NCBI GenBank assembly: GCA_030390025.1
Contig: JASTWF010000180.1
Location: forward strand, 434,001-498,000
Origin: Squalus acanthias
Lineage: Eukaryota
DNA length: 64,000 nt
Direction of reading: 5' to 3'
In this document: one piece after another, positions 10,601 through 24,737 of the stretch
How the letters are laid out: every line of letters begins with the position of its first letter
Numbering within the stretch: position 1 is the first letter of the stretch
Position numbers and translations under genes: made by a program
Notes under the pieces: generated by a model
Told to the model about the DNA's origin: nothing
The model's database searches: none
What the model saw: only the letters and a program-made list of their open reading frames with translations

Positions 10601-11524
10601 GGTGGATCAGTAAATTTGCTGATGACACCAAGATTGGTGGAGCAGTGGATGAGGTGGAGGGCTGTTGTAGGCTGCAAAGAGACATTGATAGGATGCAGAG
10701 CTGGGCCGAAAAATGGCAGATGGAATTTAACCCTGATAAGTGCGAGGTGATTCATTTTGGTAGGGCAAATTTGAATAAGGATTACAGGGTCAACGGCAGG
10801 GTTCTGAGGAACGTGGAGCAGCAGAGGGATCTGGGGGTTCATATCCACAGATCTCTGAAGGTTGCCACTCAAGTGGATAGAGCAGTAAAGAAGGCCTATG
10901 GTGTGTTGGCGTTTATTAACAGAGGGTTTGAGTTTAAGAACCGTGAGGTTATGCTGCAACTGTACAGGACCTTGGTGAGACCACATTTGGAATATTGTGT
11001 GCAGTTCTGGTCACCTCACTATAGGAAGGACGTGGAAGCATTGGAAAGAGTGCAAAGGAGATTTACCAGGATGCTGCCTGGTTTGGGGGGGAGGTCTTAT
11101 GAGGAAAGATTGAGGGAGTTGGGGCTTTTCTCTTTAGAGCGGAGGAGGATGAGAGGCGACTTAATAGAGGTTTATAAGATGATGAGGGGGATAGATAGAG
11201 TGGATGTTCAGAGATTATTTCCTCGGGTAGAGGCAGCTGTTACAAGGGGGCATAACTATAAGGTGCATGGGGGGAGATATAGAAGGGATGTCCGAGGTAG
11301 ATTCTTTACTCAGAGAGTGGTTGGGGTGTGGAATGGACTGCCTGCTGTGATAGTGGAGTCGGACACTTTAGGAACTTTCAAGCGGTTATTGGATAAGCAC
11401 ATGGAGCACACCAGAGTGATAGGGAGTGTGATAGCTTGATCTTGGTCTCGGACAATGCTCGGCACAACATCGAGGGCCGAAGGGCCTGTACTGTGCTGTA
11501 CTGTTCTATGTTCTATGTTCTATG
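7614..11524 (+). mobile_element. Near-full-length CR1-clade LINE: ORF1 (zinc finger + SGNH/GDSL esterase, 7633-8536, frameshifted) and ORF2 (APE endonuclease + RT, 8511-11439, one frameshift near 9640-9650)
   Basis: CSSC..CGKC, VIGDSIVR, HIGTND; NARS, ITETWL, GDFN, SDH; GVPQGSVLGP, FADD; (GTTCTAT)n tail; 6-bp TSD TTCATC at 7608-7613 and 11525-11530. Confidence 0.95.
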
Positions 11525-12476
11525 TTCATCATTTAGGAAATACTCTGCCTTTCTGTTTTTTCTACCAAAGTGGATAACTTCACATTTTTCCATGTTATAT
11601 TCTATCTGCTATATTCTCGCCCACTCACTGAGCCTGTCGAGATCCACTTTAAACTTCTTCACATCCTCTTCACAATTGACACTGCCACCTAGCTTTGTAT
11701 CATCAGCAAATTTGGAAATGTTACATTTAGTTCCCTCTTCCAAATCATTGATATAGATTGTGAATTGCTGGGGCCAAGCAGCGATCCTTGCGGTACCCCA
11801 TTAGTCACAGCCTGCCATCCTGAAAAAGACCCGTTTATCCCTACACTTTGTTTTCTTCCTGTTAACTAATTATCAATCCATGCTAGTATAATACCCCCAA
11901 TTCCATGTGCCCTAATTTTGTTCACCAACCTCATGTGTGGGACCTTATCGAAGGCCTTCTGAAAATCCAAATACACCACTTCTACCGGTTCCCCTTTGTC
12001 TACTCCACTAGTTACATCCTCAAAGAACCCCAATAGGTTTGTTAAACTGGATTTCCCTTTCATCAATCCATGTTGACTCTGCCCAATCTTACTATTAGTT
12101 TCTAAGTGCCCAGTAATTGCATCCGGTATAATAGATTCCAGCGTCCTTGTGAACGTCCTCCAGGTCTTGTTGGATGCGGGCATGGACTGCTTCATTATCT
12201 GAGGAGTTGTGAATGCCACTGAACACTGTGCAGTCATCAGACCTACGTCAAGAATGAGCCATTGTCAAGGCACAGTTTGTGTTTTGGTGGATGCTGTCAC
12301 GTGTTTGCAGCCGACGTCGGTTGCATGCAACCAATAGCTGGCGACTTCAAACCCGCCCCTTTCTGACTTTTGCATAAAGCCCCATAAGTGAGGTTCGGGT
12401 CCAACAATCCAGGACCTGCGTTGCCCAGTGAGTGACTGAAGGAACGGCTGCCTAATTTAGCCAAATGCCCAGAAGC

Positions 12477-12948
12477 ATGAGGTCGGCGATTTCTCTCGGC
12501 CTACTGTTTGGTTTCCTATCCAGTGCGTAGCTTTTACTGTTCCGTATTGTTCTAATCTTTCTGTTTCTCTGTTAGTCCATCTCGGGATGTGTTACAGAGC
12601 CAGGAGTCACTTCACTATTATTAATGCTTCTTTACTTCTTTAGATGTCCTGTCGGATGTGGTGTTGACTCAGCCAGAGGCAGAGACCAGGCGTCTCGGAC
12701 AGTCCCTGAGACTGACCTGTAAAACCAGAGGGTTCGATCTTGGCACCGGCTGGATGTACTGGTACCGACAAAGCTCCGGGAAGAGAATGGATTGGCTAGT
12801 TTGGTACTATGGTAAAGACAACAACGGGTACCATCAAGAAGTTAGAGCACGCGTTACTGCTTCCAAAGACCTTTCAAACAATATCTTCGCTTTGGATATC
12901 AAGAGATTGACACTGGGAGACAGCGCCACTTATTATTGCGCTCAGAGT
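12477..12948 (+). CDS. IgH-like V gene segment V2 (leader exon 12477-12522, V exon 12644-12948)
   Basis: Leader [19 protein letters not shown]; open V exon, CDR1 GTGWMY, CDR2 WYYGKDNNGY; atypical FR2 RQSSGKRMDW. Confidence 0.92.
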
Positions 12949-12987
12949 CACAGTGATACAGGTCAGACCCAGACTTGCACAAAAACA
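12949..12987 (+). other. 23-RSS of V2
   Basis: CACAGTG + 23 nt + ACAAAAACA. Confidence 0.95.
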
Positions 12988-15900
12988 GAAAAGAGGAAAT
13001 GCAACAGTTTCCGCCATCATCAAACAGCAATAAATCCACTGTTGACAGCAGTTCATAGAAACAAAAAACTATACAGCACAGAAAGGGGCCATTCGGCCCA
13101 TAATGCCTGTGCTGGCTCATTCAAGGAGCTATTCAATTAGTCCCACTCTCCTACACTTTTCCCATAGCCGTGTAAATTTTTCCATTTCGAATATTAATCC
13201 AATTCCCTTTTGAAAGTTATCATTGAATGTTGTTCCACCAGTCTTTCAGGACGTGCACTCCAGACCATAACAACTCGCTGCGTAATATTTTTATCCTCAA
13301 GTCGCCTCTGGTTCTTTTGCCAATTGCCTTAACTCTGTGTCCTTCACCTGAAACTATTTAACTCTGTTTCTCTTTCCACAGATGCTGCCTGACCTTCTGA
13401 GCATTTCCAGCATTTTCTGTTTTAATTTGAAGTTTCCAGCATCCGCTGTATTTTGCTTCTGTTTCCATGTTTTGTACTCTATGCCTCTACTTATAAAGCC
13501 AATGATCCAGATTTACTTTACAACAGCCTTTTCAACTGGTTCTGCCACGTTCAAAGACCGGTGTAGGTATACCCTGATCCAGCACAACTTTTAAAATTGT
13601 ACCAAATAGTTTATTTTGCCTCTCCTCATTCTTCCTACTAAAATGAATCACCTCAAACTTCTCTGCATTAAATTTCCTCTGCCGTGTGTCTGGCCATTTC
13701 ATCAATCTGTCTATATAGTCCTGAGCTGTGTTACTATCCACCTCACTGTTCACTAGATATCCGAGTTTCGCGTTATCCGAAAACATTGATAGTATGCCCT
13801 TTACACACAAGTCCAGGGCATTAAATTAAAGGTCAAAAAGAGCAGTGGCCCCAACAGAGAGCACTGGAGGACCCCACTGCACACTTCCTTCCAGTCAGAA
13901 AATCAACCGTTCACCACTATTCTGCGTTCTGCTAACTTCGTGATCCCGCAGCTACTGACCCTTTAATCCCATGTGCCTCAATTTTGCTAACAAGTCTTTC
14001 ATGGGGTATTTTATCAAACGCCAATGGAAAATCCATATACACAAGATGAAAGGCACTACCTTCATACACTCTCTCAGTTACTTTATCAAAAAAACTGGAA
14101 CAAGTCAGTCAAACACAAAATGTTTTTTATTCTTCGTTCATGGGATGTGGCAATCCAGCATTTATTGGTCATCCCTAATTGACCTTGAGAAGGCGGTGGT
14201 GAGCCGCCTTCTTGAACCGCTGCAGTCCGTGTTCTGAAGGTACTCCCACAGTTCTGTTAGGGAGGGTCTTCCATAATTTTTAACCAGCGACGATTAAGGA
14301 TCGGTGAAATATTTGTAAGTCAGGGTGATGTGTGACTTCGAGGGAAACTTGGAGGTGTTGGTGTTCCCGTGCGCTTGCTGCCCTGGTCCTTCTTGGTGGT
14401 AGATATCGCGGGTTTGGGAGGTGTTGCCGAAGAAGTCTTGGTGAGTTGCTGCAGTGCATCTTGTAGATGGTACACACTGCAGCCACGGTACGCCGGTGGT
14501 GGAGGGAGTGATTATTTAAGGTGATGGATGGGGTACCAATCAAGCTGGCTGCTTTCTCCTGGATTGTATCGAGTTTCTTGTGTGTTGTTGGAGCTGCACT
14601 GATCCAGGCAAGTGGAGAGTATTCCATCGCACTCCTTACTTGTGATTTTTAGATGGCGGAAAGGCTTTGGGGAGTCAGGAGATGAGACACTCGCCGGAGG
14701 ATACCTAGCCTCTGACCTGTTCTTGTGGCCACAGAATTTATGAGTCTGATTCAGTTAAGTTTCTGGTCAATGGTGACCCCCAGGATGTTGATGGTGGGGG
14801 ATTCGGCGATGGTAATGCCGTTGAATGTCAAGGGGAGGTGATTAGACTGTCACTTGTTTGAGATAGTCGGTGACTGGCACTTGTGTGGCGCCAATGTTAA
14901 CTGCCACTTATCAGCCCAAACCTGAACATAAGAACATAAGAAATCGTAGCAGGAGTGTGCCATTCGGCCCTTCGAGGCTGCTCCGCCATTCAATGAGATC
15001 ATGGATGATCATCTGCCTCAGCTCCATTCACCGGCCTTATCGCCATATCCCTTGATGCCCTTACGAGTCAGAAATCTCTCGAGTTCTTTTTTGAATATAA
15101 CCAATGACTGAGCCTCCACCACCCGCTGGGGTAGAGAATTCCAAAGATTCACCAACATCTGTGCGGAAAAAATTCTTCTCATCTCAGTCTTGAATGGCCT
15201 ACCCTTTATCCTGAGGCTGTGGTCCCTGGTTCTAGACTCCCCAGCCAAGGGAAACATTCTCCCAGTATCCACCCTACCAATCTCTGTAACAATTTTGTAT
15301 GCTTCAAAGAGATCCCCTCTCATTCTTCTGAAATCAAGAGAATATAGGCCTAGTTTACTGAATCTCTTCTCATACGACAGCCCAGCCATCCCAGGAATCA
15401 ATCTCGAAAACCTTCGTTGCACGCCCTCTATGGCAAGTATATCCTTCCTTAGGTAAGGAGACCAAAATTGTACACAGTTCACGAGGTGTGGTCTCACCAA
15501 GGCCCGATATAATTGGAGTAAGACTTCTTTACTCCTGTACTCAAATCCTCTTGTACTGAAGGCCAGCCTTCCATTTGCCTTCCTAATGGCTTACTGCACC
15601 TGTACATTCACTTTCATTGACTCATGTACAAGGACACCTTTGAGCATCTGCATTCCCCAATCTTTCGCCATTCAGGAAATTTCTGTTTTTTCTACTAAAG
15701 TCGATAACTTCACATTTATCGACATTATGTTCCATCTGCCTTGTTCGCGCTCACTGAGTGAGCCTGTCGAGATCCCCTTCAAACTTCTTCACATCCTCTT
15801 CGCAACTGATACTGTCACCTAGCCTTGTATCATTCGCAAATTTGCAGATGTTACACTTCGGCCCCTCTTCCTAATCATTGATATAGATTGTGAATAGCTG

Positions 15901-16608
15901 GGGCCCAAGCACCGATCCTTGTGATACCCCATTAGTCACAGCCTGCAATCTTGAAAAAGTCCCGCTTGTCACTATTCTTTGTTTTCTGTCTGTTAACTAA
16001 TTCTCAATCCATGCTAGTATATTACCCGCAATTCCATGTCCCCTAATTTTGTTCACCAACCTCTTGTGTGGGACCTTATCGAAGGCCTTCTGAAAATCCA
16101 AATACACCACTTCTACCGGTTCCCCTTTGTCTACTCCACTAGTTACATCCTCAAAGAACTCCAATAGGTTTGTTAAACAGAATTTCACTTTCATAAATCC
16201 ATGTTGACTCTGCCCAATCTTAATATTAATTTCTAAGTGCCCAGGTATTGCATTCGTTACAATAGATTCCAGTGTCTATGTGAACGTCCTCCAGGTCTTG
16301 TTGGATGCGGGCATGGACTGCTTCATTATCTGAGGAGTTGTGAATGCCACTGAACACTGTGCAGTCATCAGACCTACGTCAAGAATGAGCCATTGTAAAG
16401 GCACAGTTTGTGTTTCGGTGGATGCTGTCACGTGTTAGCAGTCGACGTCGGTTGCATGCAACCAATAGCTGGCGACTTCACGCCCGCCCCTTTCTGACTT
16501 TTGCATAAAGCCCCTTAAGTGAGGATCGGGATCCAACAATCCGGCACCTGGGTTGCCCAGTGAGTGACTGAAGGAACGGCTGCCTAATTCAGTCAAATGC
16601 CCAGAAGG

Positions 16609-17080
16609 ATGAGGTTGGCGATTTCTCTCGGCCTGCTGCTTGGTTTCGTGTCCAGTGCGTAGCTATAACTGTTCCGAATTGTTCTAATCTTTCTGTTTCT
16701 CTGTTAGTCCCTCTTGGGGGGTGTTACAAATCCAGGAGTCACTTCACCATAATTAATGCTTCTTTACTTTTACAGGTGTCCAGTCGGATGTGGTGTTGAC
16801 TCAGCCAAAAGCAGAGACCAGGCGTCTCGGACAGTTCCTGAGACTGACCTGTAAAACCAGCGGGTTCGATCTTAGCAGCAATTGGATGTACTGGTACCGA
16901 CAAAGCCCCGGGAAGGGAATGGATTTGCTAGTTTTGTACCATAGTAAAGACAACAAGCAGTACGATCAAGAAGTTAGAGCACGCGTTACTGCTTCCAAAG
17001 ACCTTTCAAACAATATCTTCGCTTTGGATATCAAGGGATTGACAATGGGAGACAGCGCCACTTATTATTGCGCACATAGT
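16609..17080 (+). CDS. IgH-like V gene segment V3 (leader exon 16609-16654, V exon 16776-17080)
   Basis: Leader [19 protein letters not shown]; open V exon, CDR1 SSNWMY, FR2 GKGMDLLV, CDR2 LYHSKDNKQY. Confidence 0.93.
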
Positions 17081-17119
17081 CACAGTGATACAGGTCAGAC
17101 CCAGACTTGTACAAAAACA
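17081..17119 (+). other. 23-RSS of V3
   Basis: CACAGTG + 23 nt + ACAAAAACA. Confidence 0.95.
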
Positions 17120-20100
17120 GAAAAGAGGAAATGCAGCAGTTTCCGCCATCATCAAACACCAATAAATCCAATGTTCACAGCAGTTCATAGAAACAAAAAA
17201 CTATACAGCACAGAAAGGGGCCATTCGGCTCATAATGCCTGTGCTGGCTCATTCAAAGGGCTATTCAATTCGTCCCACTCTCCTACACTTTTCCCATAGT
17301 CCTGTATTTTTTTTCTTTTTCGAGTATTTGACCAATTCCCTTTTGAAAGTTATTATTGAATGTTGTTCCTCTAGTCTTTCAGGCAGTGCATTCCAGACCA
17401 TAACAACTCGCTGCGTAATATTTTTATCCTCAAGTCGCCTCTGGTTCTTTTGCCAATTGCCTTAACTCTGTGTCCTTCACCTGAAACAATTTAACTCTGT
17501 TTCTCTCTCCACAGATGCTGCCTGACCTGCTGAGCCTTTCCAGCATTTTCTGTTTTAATTTCAGGTTTCCAGCAGCCGCAGTATATTGCTTTTGTTTCCA
17601 TGTTTTTGTACTCTATGCCTCTACTTATAAAGCCAATGATCCAGATTTACTTTACAACAGCCTTTTTTACTGGCCCTGCCACTTTAAAGACGTGTGTCGG
17701 TTTTCCCTGTTCCAGCACAACTTTTAAAATTGTACCAAATAGTTTATTTTGCCTCTCCTCATTCTTCCTACCAAAATGAATCACCTCAAACTTCTCTGCA
17801 TTAAATTTCCTCTGCCGTGTGCCTGGCCATTTCATCAATCTGTCTATATCGTCCTGAGCTGTGTTACTATCCTCATCACTGTTCACTGGACTTCCGAGTT
17901 TCGTGTTATCTGAATACATTGAAAGTATGCCCTTTACACACAAGTCCAGGGCAATACTATAAAGATCAAAACGAGCAGTGGCCCCAACACCGAGCTCTGG
18001 AGGACACCACTGCACACTTCCTTCCAGTCAGACAATCAACCGTTCACCACTATTCTGCGTTCTGCACCTCAGCTAACTTCGTGATCCCGCAGGTACTGCC
18101 CCTTTAATCCAATGTGCTTCAGTTTTGCTAACAAGTCTATCATGGGGTATTTTATCAAACGCCAATGGAAAATCAATGCACACAAGATGAAACGCAGTAC
18201 CTTCATCCACCCTCTGTTACTTTATCAAAAAAACTGGAACAAGTTAGTCAAACACAAATGTTGTTTTATTCTTCGTTCATGGGATGTGGCAAGGCCAGCA
18301 TTTATTGGCCATCCCTAATTGCCCCAGAGAAGGCGGTGGTGAGCCGCCTCCTTGAACCGCTGCAGTCGGTGTGCTTTTAGGGAGGGAGTTCCAGGATTTT
18401 GACCCAGCGACGATGAAGGATTGGCGATATATTTGTAAGTCAGGAAGGTGTGTGACTTCGAGGGGAACTTGGAGATGGTGCTGTGCCCGTGCGCCTGCTG
18501 CCCTTGTCCTTCTAGGTGGTACACGTCCCGGGTTTAGGGGGTGGTGCCGAAGAAGTCTTGGTGAGTTGATGCAGTGCATCTTGTAGATGGTAAGCACTGC
18601 TGCCACGGTACGCCGGTGTGTGGACGGAGTGAATGTTTAAGGTGGTGGATGGGGTGCCAATCAAGTGGGCTGCTTTGTCCTGGCCGTTGTAGAGTTTCTT
18701 GTGTGTTGTTGGAGCTGCAGTGATCCAGGCAAGTGTAGAGTATTCCATCACACTCCTTACTTGTGCCGTGTAGATGGTGGAAAGGCTTTGGAGAGTCAGG
18801 AGGTGAGACACTCGCGGCAGAATACCCAGCCTCTGACCTGCTCTTGTTGCCACTGTATTTATGTGGCTGGTCCAGTTAAGTTTCTGGTCAATGGTGACCC
18901 CCAGGATGTTGATGGTGGTGGTTTCAGTGATGGTGATGCATTTGAATGTCAAGGGGAAATGATTAGACTCTCGCTTGTTGGAGATAGTCATTGCCTGGCA
19001 ATTGTGTGGCGTCAATGTTAACTGCCACTTATCAGCCCAAACCTGAACATAAAAACACAAGAACATAATAAATAGGAGCAGGAGTAGGCCATTCGGCCCT
19101 TCTAGCCTGCTTCGCCGTTCAATGAGATAATGGCTGATCTTCTGCCTTAACTCCATTCACCAGCACTATCAGTATAGCCTTTGATGCCCTTACTAGTCAG
19201 AAAACTATCGACTTCTGTTCTGAATATACCCAACGACTGAGCCTCCACAACCCTCTGGGGTAGAGAATTCCAAAGATTCACCAACATCTGTGTGAAAAAA
19301 CATCCTCTCCTCTCAGTCCAGAAGGGCCTACCCTTTATCCTGTGGCTCTGGCCCCTGGTCCTAGACTCCGCAGCCAAGGGAATCATTCTCCCAGCATCCA
19401 CCCTATCAAGCTCTGTAACAATTTTGTATGCTTCATTGAGATCCCCTCTCATTCTTCTGAATTCAAGAGAATACAGGCCTAGTTTACTCAATCTCTTCTC
19501 ATACGACAGTCCATCCATCCCAGGAATCAATCTCGTGAAACTTCGTTGCACGCCCTCTATGCCAAGTATATCCTTCCTTAGATAAGGAGACCAAAATTGT
19601 ACACAGTACAGCAGGTGTGGTCTCACCAAGGCCCTATATAATTGGAGTAAGACTTCTTTACTCATGTACTCAAATGCTCTTGGAATGAAGGCCAGCATAT
19701 CATTTGCCTTCCTAACGGCTTGCTGCACCTGCACATTCACTTTCAGTGACTCATGTACAAGGACACCCAGCACCCTTTGAGCATCTGCATTTCCCAATCT
19801 TTCACCATTTAGGAAATACTCTGCCTTTCTGTTTTTTCTACCAAAGTGGATAACTTCACATTTATCCACGTTATATTCTATCTGCTATATTCACGCCCAC
19901 TCACTGAGCCTGTCGAGATCCCCTTTAAACTGCTTCACATCCTCTTTGCAATTGACACTGCCACCTAGCTTTGTATCATCAGCAAATTTTGAAATGTTAC
20001 ATTTAGTTCCCTCTTCCAAATCATTGATATAGATTGTGAATTCCTGGTGCCCAAGCAGCGATCCTTGCGGTACCCCATTAGTCACAGCCTGCCATCCTGA

Positions 20101-20753
20101 AAAAGACCCGTTTATCCCTACACTTTGTTTTCTGTCTGTTAACTAATTATCAATCCATGCTATTATATTACCCCCAATACCATGTGCACTAATTTTGTTC
20201 ACCAACCTCTTGTGTGGTATCTTATCGAAGGCCTTCTGAAAATCCAAATACACCACTTCTACCGGTTCCCCTTTGTCTGCTCCACTAGTTACATCCTCAA
20301 AGAACTCCAATAGGTTTGTTAAACTGGATTTCCCTTTCATCAATCCATGTTGACTCTGCCCAATCTTACTATTAGTTTCTAAGTGCCCAGTTATTGCATC
20401 CGGTATAATAGATTCCAGCGTCCTTGTGAACGTCCTCCAGGTCTTGTTGGATGCGGGCATGGACTGCTTCATTATCTGAGGAGTTGTGAATGCCACTGAA
20501 CACTGTGCAGTCATCAGACCTACGTCAATAATGAGCCATTGTCAAGGCACAGTTTGTGTTTCGGTGGATGCTGTCACGTGTTTGCAGCCGACGTCGGTTG
20601 CATGCAACCAATAGCTGGCGACTTCAAACCCGCCCCTTTCAGACTTTTGCATAAAGCCCCATAAGTGAGGTTCGGTTCCAACAATCCAGGACCTGCGTTT
20701 CCCACTGAGTGACTGAAGGAACGGCTGCCTAATTTAGCCAAATGCCCAGAAGC

Positions 20754-21229
20754 ATGAGGTCGGCGATTTCTCTCGGCCTACTGCTTGGTTTCCTATCCAG
20801 TGCGTAGCTATAACTGTTCCATAATGTTCCAATCTTTCTGTTTCTCTGTTAGTCCATCTCGGATGTGTTACAGAGCCAGGAGTCACTTCACCATTATTAA
20901 TGCTTCTTTACTTTTATAGGTGTCCAGTCGGATGTGGTGTTGACTCAGACAGAGGCAGTGACCAGGCGTCTCGGACAGTCCCTGAGACTGACCTGTAAAA
21001 CCAGCGGGTTCGATCTTGGCACCGGCTGGATGTACTGGTACCGACAAAGCCCCGGGAAGGGAATGGATTGCCTAGTTTGGTACGATAGTAAAGACAACGA
21101 GCAGTACCATCAAGAAGTTAGAGCACGAGTTACTGCTTCCAAAGACCTTTCAAACAATATCTTCGCTTTGACTATCAAGGGATTGACACTGGGAGACAGC
21201 GCCACTTATTATTGCTCAGCGCTCAGAGT
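20754..21229 (+). CDS. IgH-like V gene segment V4 (leader exon 20754-20799, V exon 20920-21229)
   Basis: Open through the second Cys; CDR1 GTGWMY, FR2 GKGMDCLV; 5 extra nt after YYC (TGC TCA GCG CTC AGA GT) before the RSS. Confidence 0.92.
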
Positions 21230-21268
21230 CACAGTGATACAGGTCAGACCCAGACTTGTACAAAAACA
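21230..21268 (+). other. 23-RSS of V4
   Basis: CACAGTG + 23 nt + ACAAAAACA. Confidence 0.95.
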
Positions 21269-23026
21269 GAAAAGAGGAAATGCAGCAGTTTCCGCCATCA
21301 TCAAACACCAATAAATCCACTGTTGACAGCAGTTCATAGAAACAAAAAAATATACAGCACAGAAAGGGGCCTTCAGGCCCATAATGCCTGTGCTGGCTCA
21401 TTCAAAGAGCTATTCAATTAGTCCCACTCTCCTACACTTTTCCCATAGACCTGTAAATATTTCTTTTTCGAGTATTTACCCAATTCCCTTTTGAAAGTTA
21501 CCCTTGAATTTGGTTCCACCAGTCTTTCAGGCAGTGCATTCCAGCCCATAACAACTCGCTGCGTAATATTTTTATCCTGAAGTCGCCTCTGGTTCTGTTG
21601 CCAATTGCCTTAACTCTGTGTCCTTCACCTGAAACAATTTAACTCTGTTTCTCTCTCCACAGATGCTGCCTGACCTGCTGAGCCTTTCCAGCATTTTCTG
21701 TTTTAATTTCAGGTTTCCAGCATCCGCAGTATTTTGCTTTTGTTTCCATGTTTTTGTACTCTATGCCTCTACTTATAAAGCCAATGATCCAGATTTACTT
21801 TACAACAGCCTTTTCAACTGGTATTGCCACGTTCAAAGACGGGTGTAGCTATACCCTGTTATAGCACCCCATTTAAAATTGTACCAAATAGTTTATATTG
21901 CCTCTCCTCATTCTTCCTACCAAAATGAATCACCTCAAACTTCTCTGCATTAAAATTCCTCTGCCGTGTGTCTGGCTATTTCATCAATCTGTCTATATCG
22001 TCCTGAGCTGTGTTACTATCCTCCTCACAGTTCACTAGATTTCCGAGTTTCGTGTTATCTGAAAACATTGAAAGTATGCCCCTTACACACAAGTCCAGGG
22101 CATTACTATAAAGATCAAAACGAGCAGTGCCCCCAACACCGAGCACTGGAGGACACGACTGCACACTTCCTTCCAGTCAGAATATCAACCGTTCACCACT
22201 ATTCTGCGTTCTGCACCTCAGCTAACTTCGTGTTCCCGCAGCGACTGTCCCTTCGTTCATGGGATGTAGCAAGGCCAGCATTTATTGTCCATCCCTAATT
22301 GCCCTTGAGAAGGCGGTGGTGAGCCGCCTTCTTGAAACGCTACAGTTCGTGTGATGAAGGTACTCACACAGTGCTGTTAGGGAGGGAGTTCCAAGATTTT
22401 GACCCAGCGACGATTAAAGATCGGCGATATACTTGTATGTCAGGATGATGTGTGCCTTCGAGGGAAACTTGGAGGTGTTGTTGTTCCCGTGCGCCTGCTG
22501 CCCTGGTCCTTCTAGGTGTTAGAGGTGGCGGTTTTGGGAGGTGCTGCCGAAGAAGCCTTGGTGAGTTGCTGCAGTACATCTTGTAGATGGTACGCACGAC
22601 AGCCACGTTGCTCCGGTGGTGGAGGGAGTGAATGTTTAAGGTGTTGGATGGGGTGCCGATCAAGCGGGCTGCTTTGTCCTGGATGGTGTCGAGTTTCTTG
22701 AGTGTTGTTGGAGCTGAACTGATCCAGGCAAGTGGAGAGTATTCCATCACACTCCTTACTTGTGATTTGTAGATGGTGGAAAGTCTTTGGGGCGTCAGGA
22801 GGTGAGACACTCGCCGCCAAATACCCTGCCTCTGACCTGCACTTGTGGCCACAGAATTTATGTGGCTGATCCAGTTAAGTTTCTGGTCAATGGTGATCCC
22901 CAGGATGTTGATGGTGGGGGATTCGGCGATGGTAATGTCGTTGAATGTCAAGGAGAGGTGATTAGACACTCGCTTGTTGGAGTTAGTCATTGCCAATGTT
23001 AACTGCCACTTATCAGCCCAAACATT

Positions 23027-23066
23027 AACATAAGAACATAAGAACATAAGAACATAAGAACATAAG
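23027..23066. repeat. (AACATAAG)5 microsatellite = 3' tail of minus-strand CR1; 4 copies at the duplicate site 45184-45215
   Basis: Direct count of the repeats. Confidence 0.9.
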
Positions 23067-24737
23067 AAATAGGAGCAGGAGTAGACCATTCGGCCCTTCG
23101 AGCCTGCTCCGCCATTCAATGAGATCATGGCTGATCTTCAGCCTCAACTTCATTCACCAGCCCTATCGCCAAACCCCTTGATGCCCTTACTAATCAGAAA
23201 TCTATCAACTTCTTTTTTGAATATACCCAATGACTGAGCCTCCACAGCCCAGTGGGCAACAGAATCCAAAGATTCACCATCCTCTGTGTGATGAAATTTT
23301 TCTCATCTCAGTCCTGATTGGCCTATCCTTTATCCTGTGGCTGTGGCCCCTGGTTCTAGACTCCCCAGCCAAGGGAAACATTCTCCCAGCATCCACCCTA
23401 TCAAGCTCTGTAACAATTTGGTATGCTTCAATGAGATCCCCTCTCATTCTTCTGAATTCAAGAGAATACAGGCCTAGTTTACTCAATCTCTTCTCATACG
23501 ACAGTCCCGCCATCCCAGAAATCAATCTCGTGAACCTTCGTTATACGCCCTCTATGGCAAGTATATCCTTCCTCAGGTAAGGAAACCAACATTGTAGTCA
23601 GTACTCCAGGTTTGGTCTCAACAAGAACCTATATAATTGGAATAAGACTTCTTTACTCCTGTTCTCAAATCCTCTTGTAATGAATGCCAGCATACCATTT
23701 GCCTTCCTAATGGCTTGCTGCACCTGCACATTCACTTTCAGTGACTCATGTACAAGGACACCCAGTACCCTTTGAGCACCTACATCCCCCAATCTTTCAC
23801 CAATCAGGAAATTTCTATTTTTTCTACCAAAGTTGATAACTTCACATTTATTCACATTATGTTCCATCTGCCATGTTCACGCTCACTCAGTGAGCCTGTC
23901 GAAATCCCCATGAAACCTCTTCACATCCTCTTCAAAACTGACACTGCCACCTAGCTTTGTACTATCAGCAAATTTGGAAATGTTACATTTAGTCCCCTCA
24001 TCCAATTCATTGATATACATTGTGTATCGCTGGGGCCCAAGCACCGATGCTTGCGGTACACCACCAGTCACAGCCTGCCATCCTGAAAAAGACCATTTAT
24101 CCCTACTCTTTGTTTTCTGTCTGTTAACTAATTATCAATCCATGCGAGTATATTACCCCCAATTCCATGTGCCCTAATTTCGTTCACCAACCTCTTGTGT
24201 GGGACCTTATCGAAGGCCTTCTGAAATTCCAAATACACCACTTCTTCCGGTTCCCCTTTGTCAACTCCACTAGTCACATACTCAAATGACTACTAAAGAT
24301 TTGTTAAACAGGATTTCCCTTTCTAAATCCATTTTGACTCTGCCCATCTTACTATTAATTTCTACGTGCCCAGTTATTGCATCCTTTATAATAAATTCCA
24401 GCGTCTATCTGAACGTCGTCCAGATCTTGTTGGATGCGGCCATGGACTGCTTCATTATCTGAGGAGTTGTGACTGCCACTGAACACTGTGCAGTCATCAG
24501 ACCGACGTCAATAATGAGCCATTGCAAAGGCACCGTTTGTGTTTCGTTGGATGCTGTCACGTGATTGCAGTCGACGTCGATTGCATGCAACCAATAGCTG
24601 GCGACTTCAAACCCGCCCCTTCCTGTCTTTTGCATCAAGCCGCATCAGTGTGGTTCGGGATCCAACAATCCAGGACCTGCGTTGCCCAGTGAGTGACTGA
24701 AGGAACGGCTGCCTAATTCAGCCAAATGCCCAGAAGC

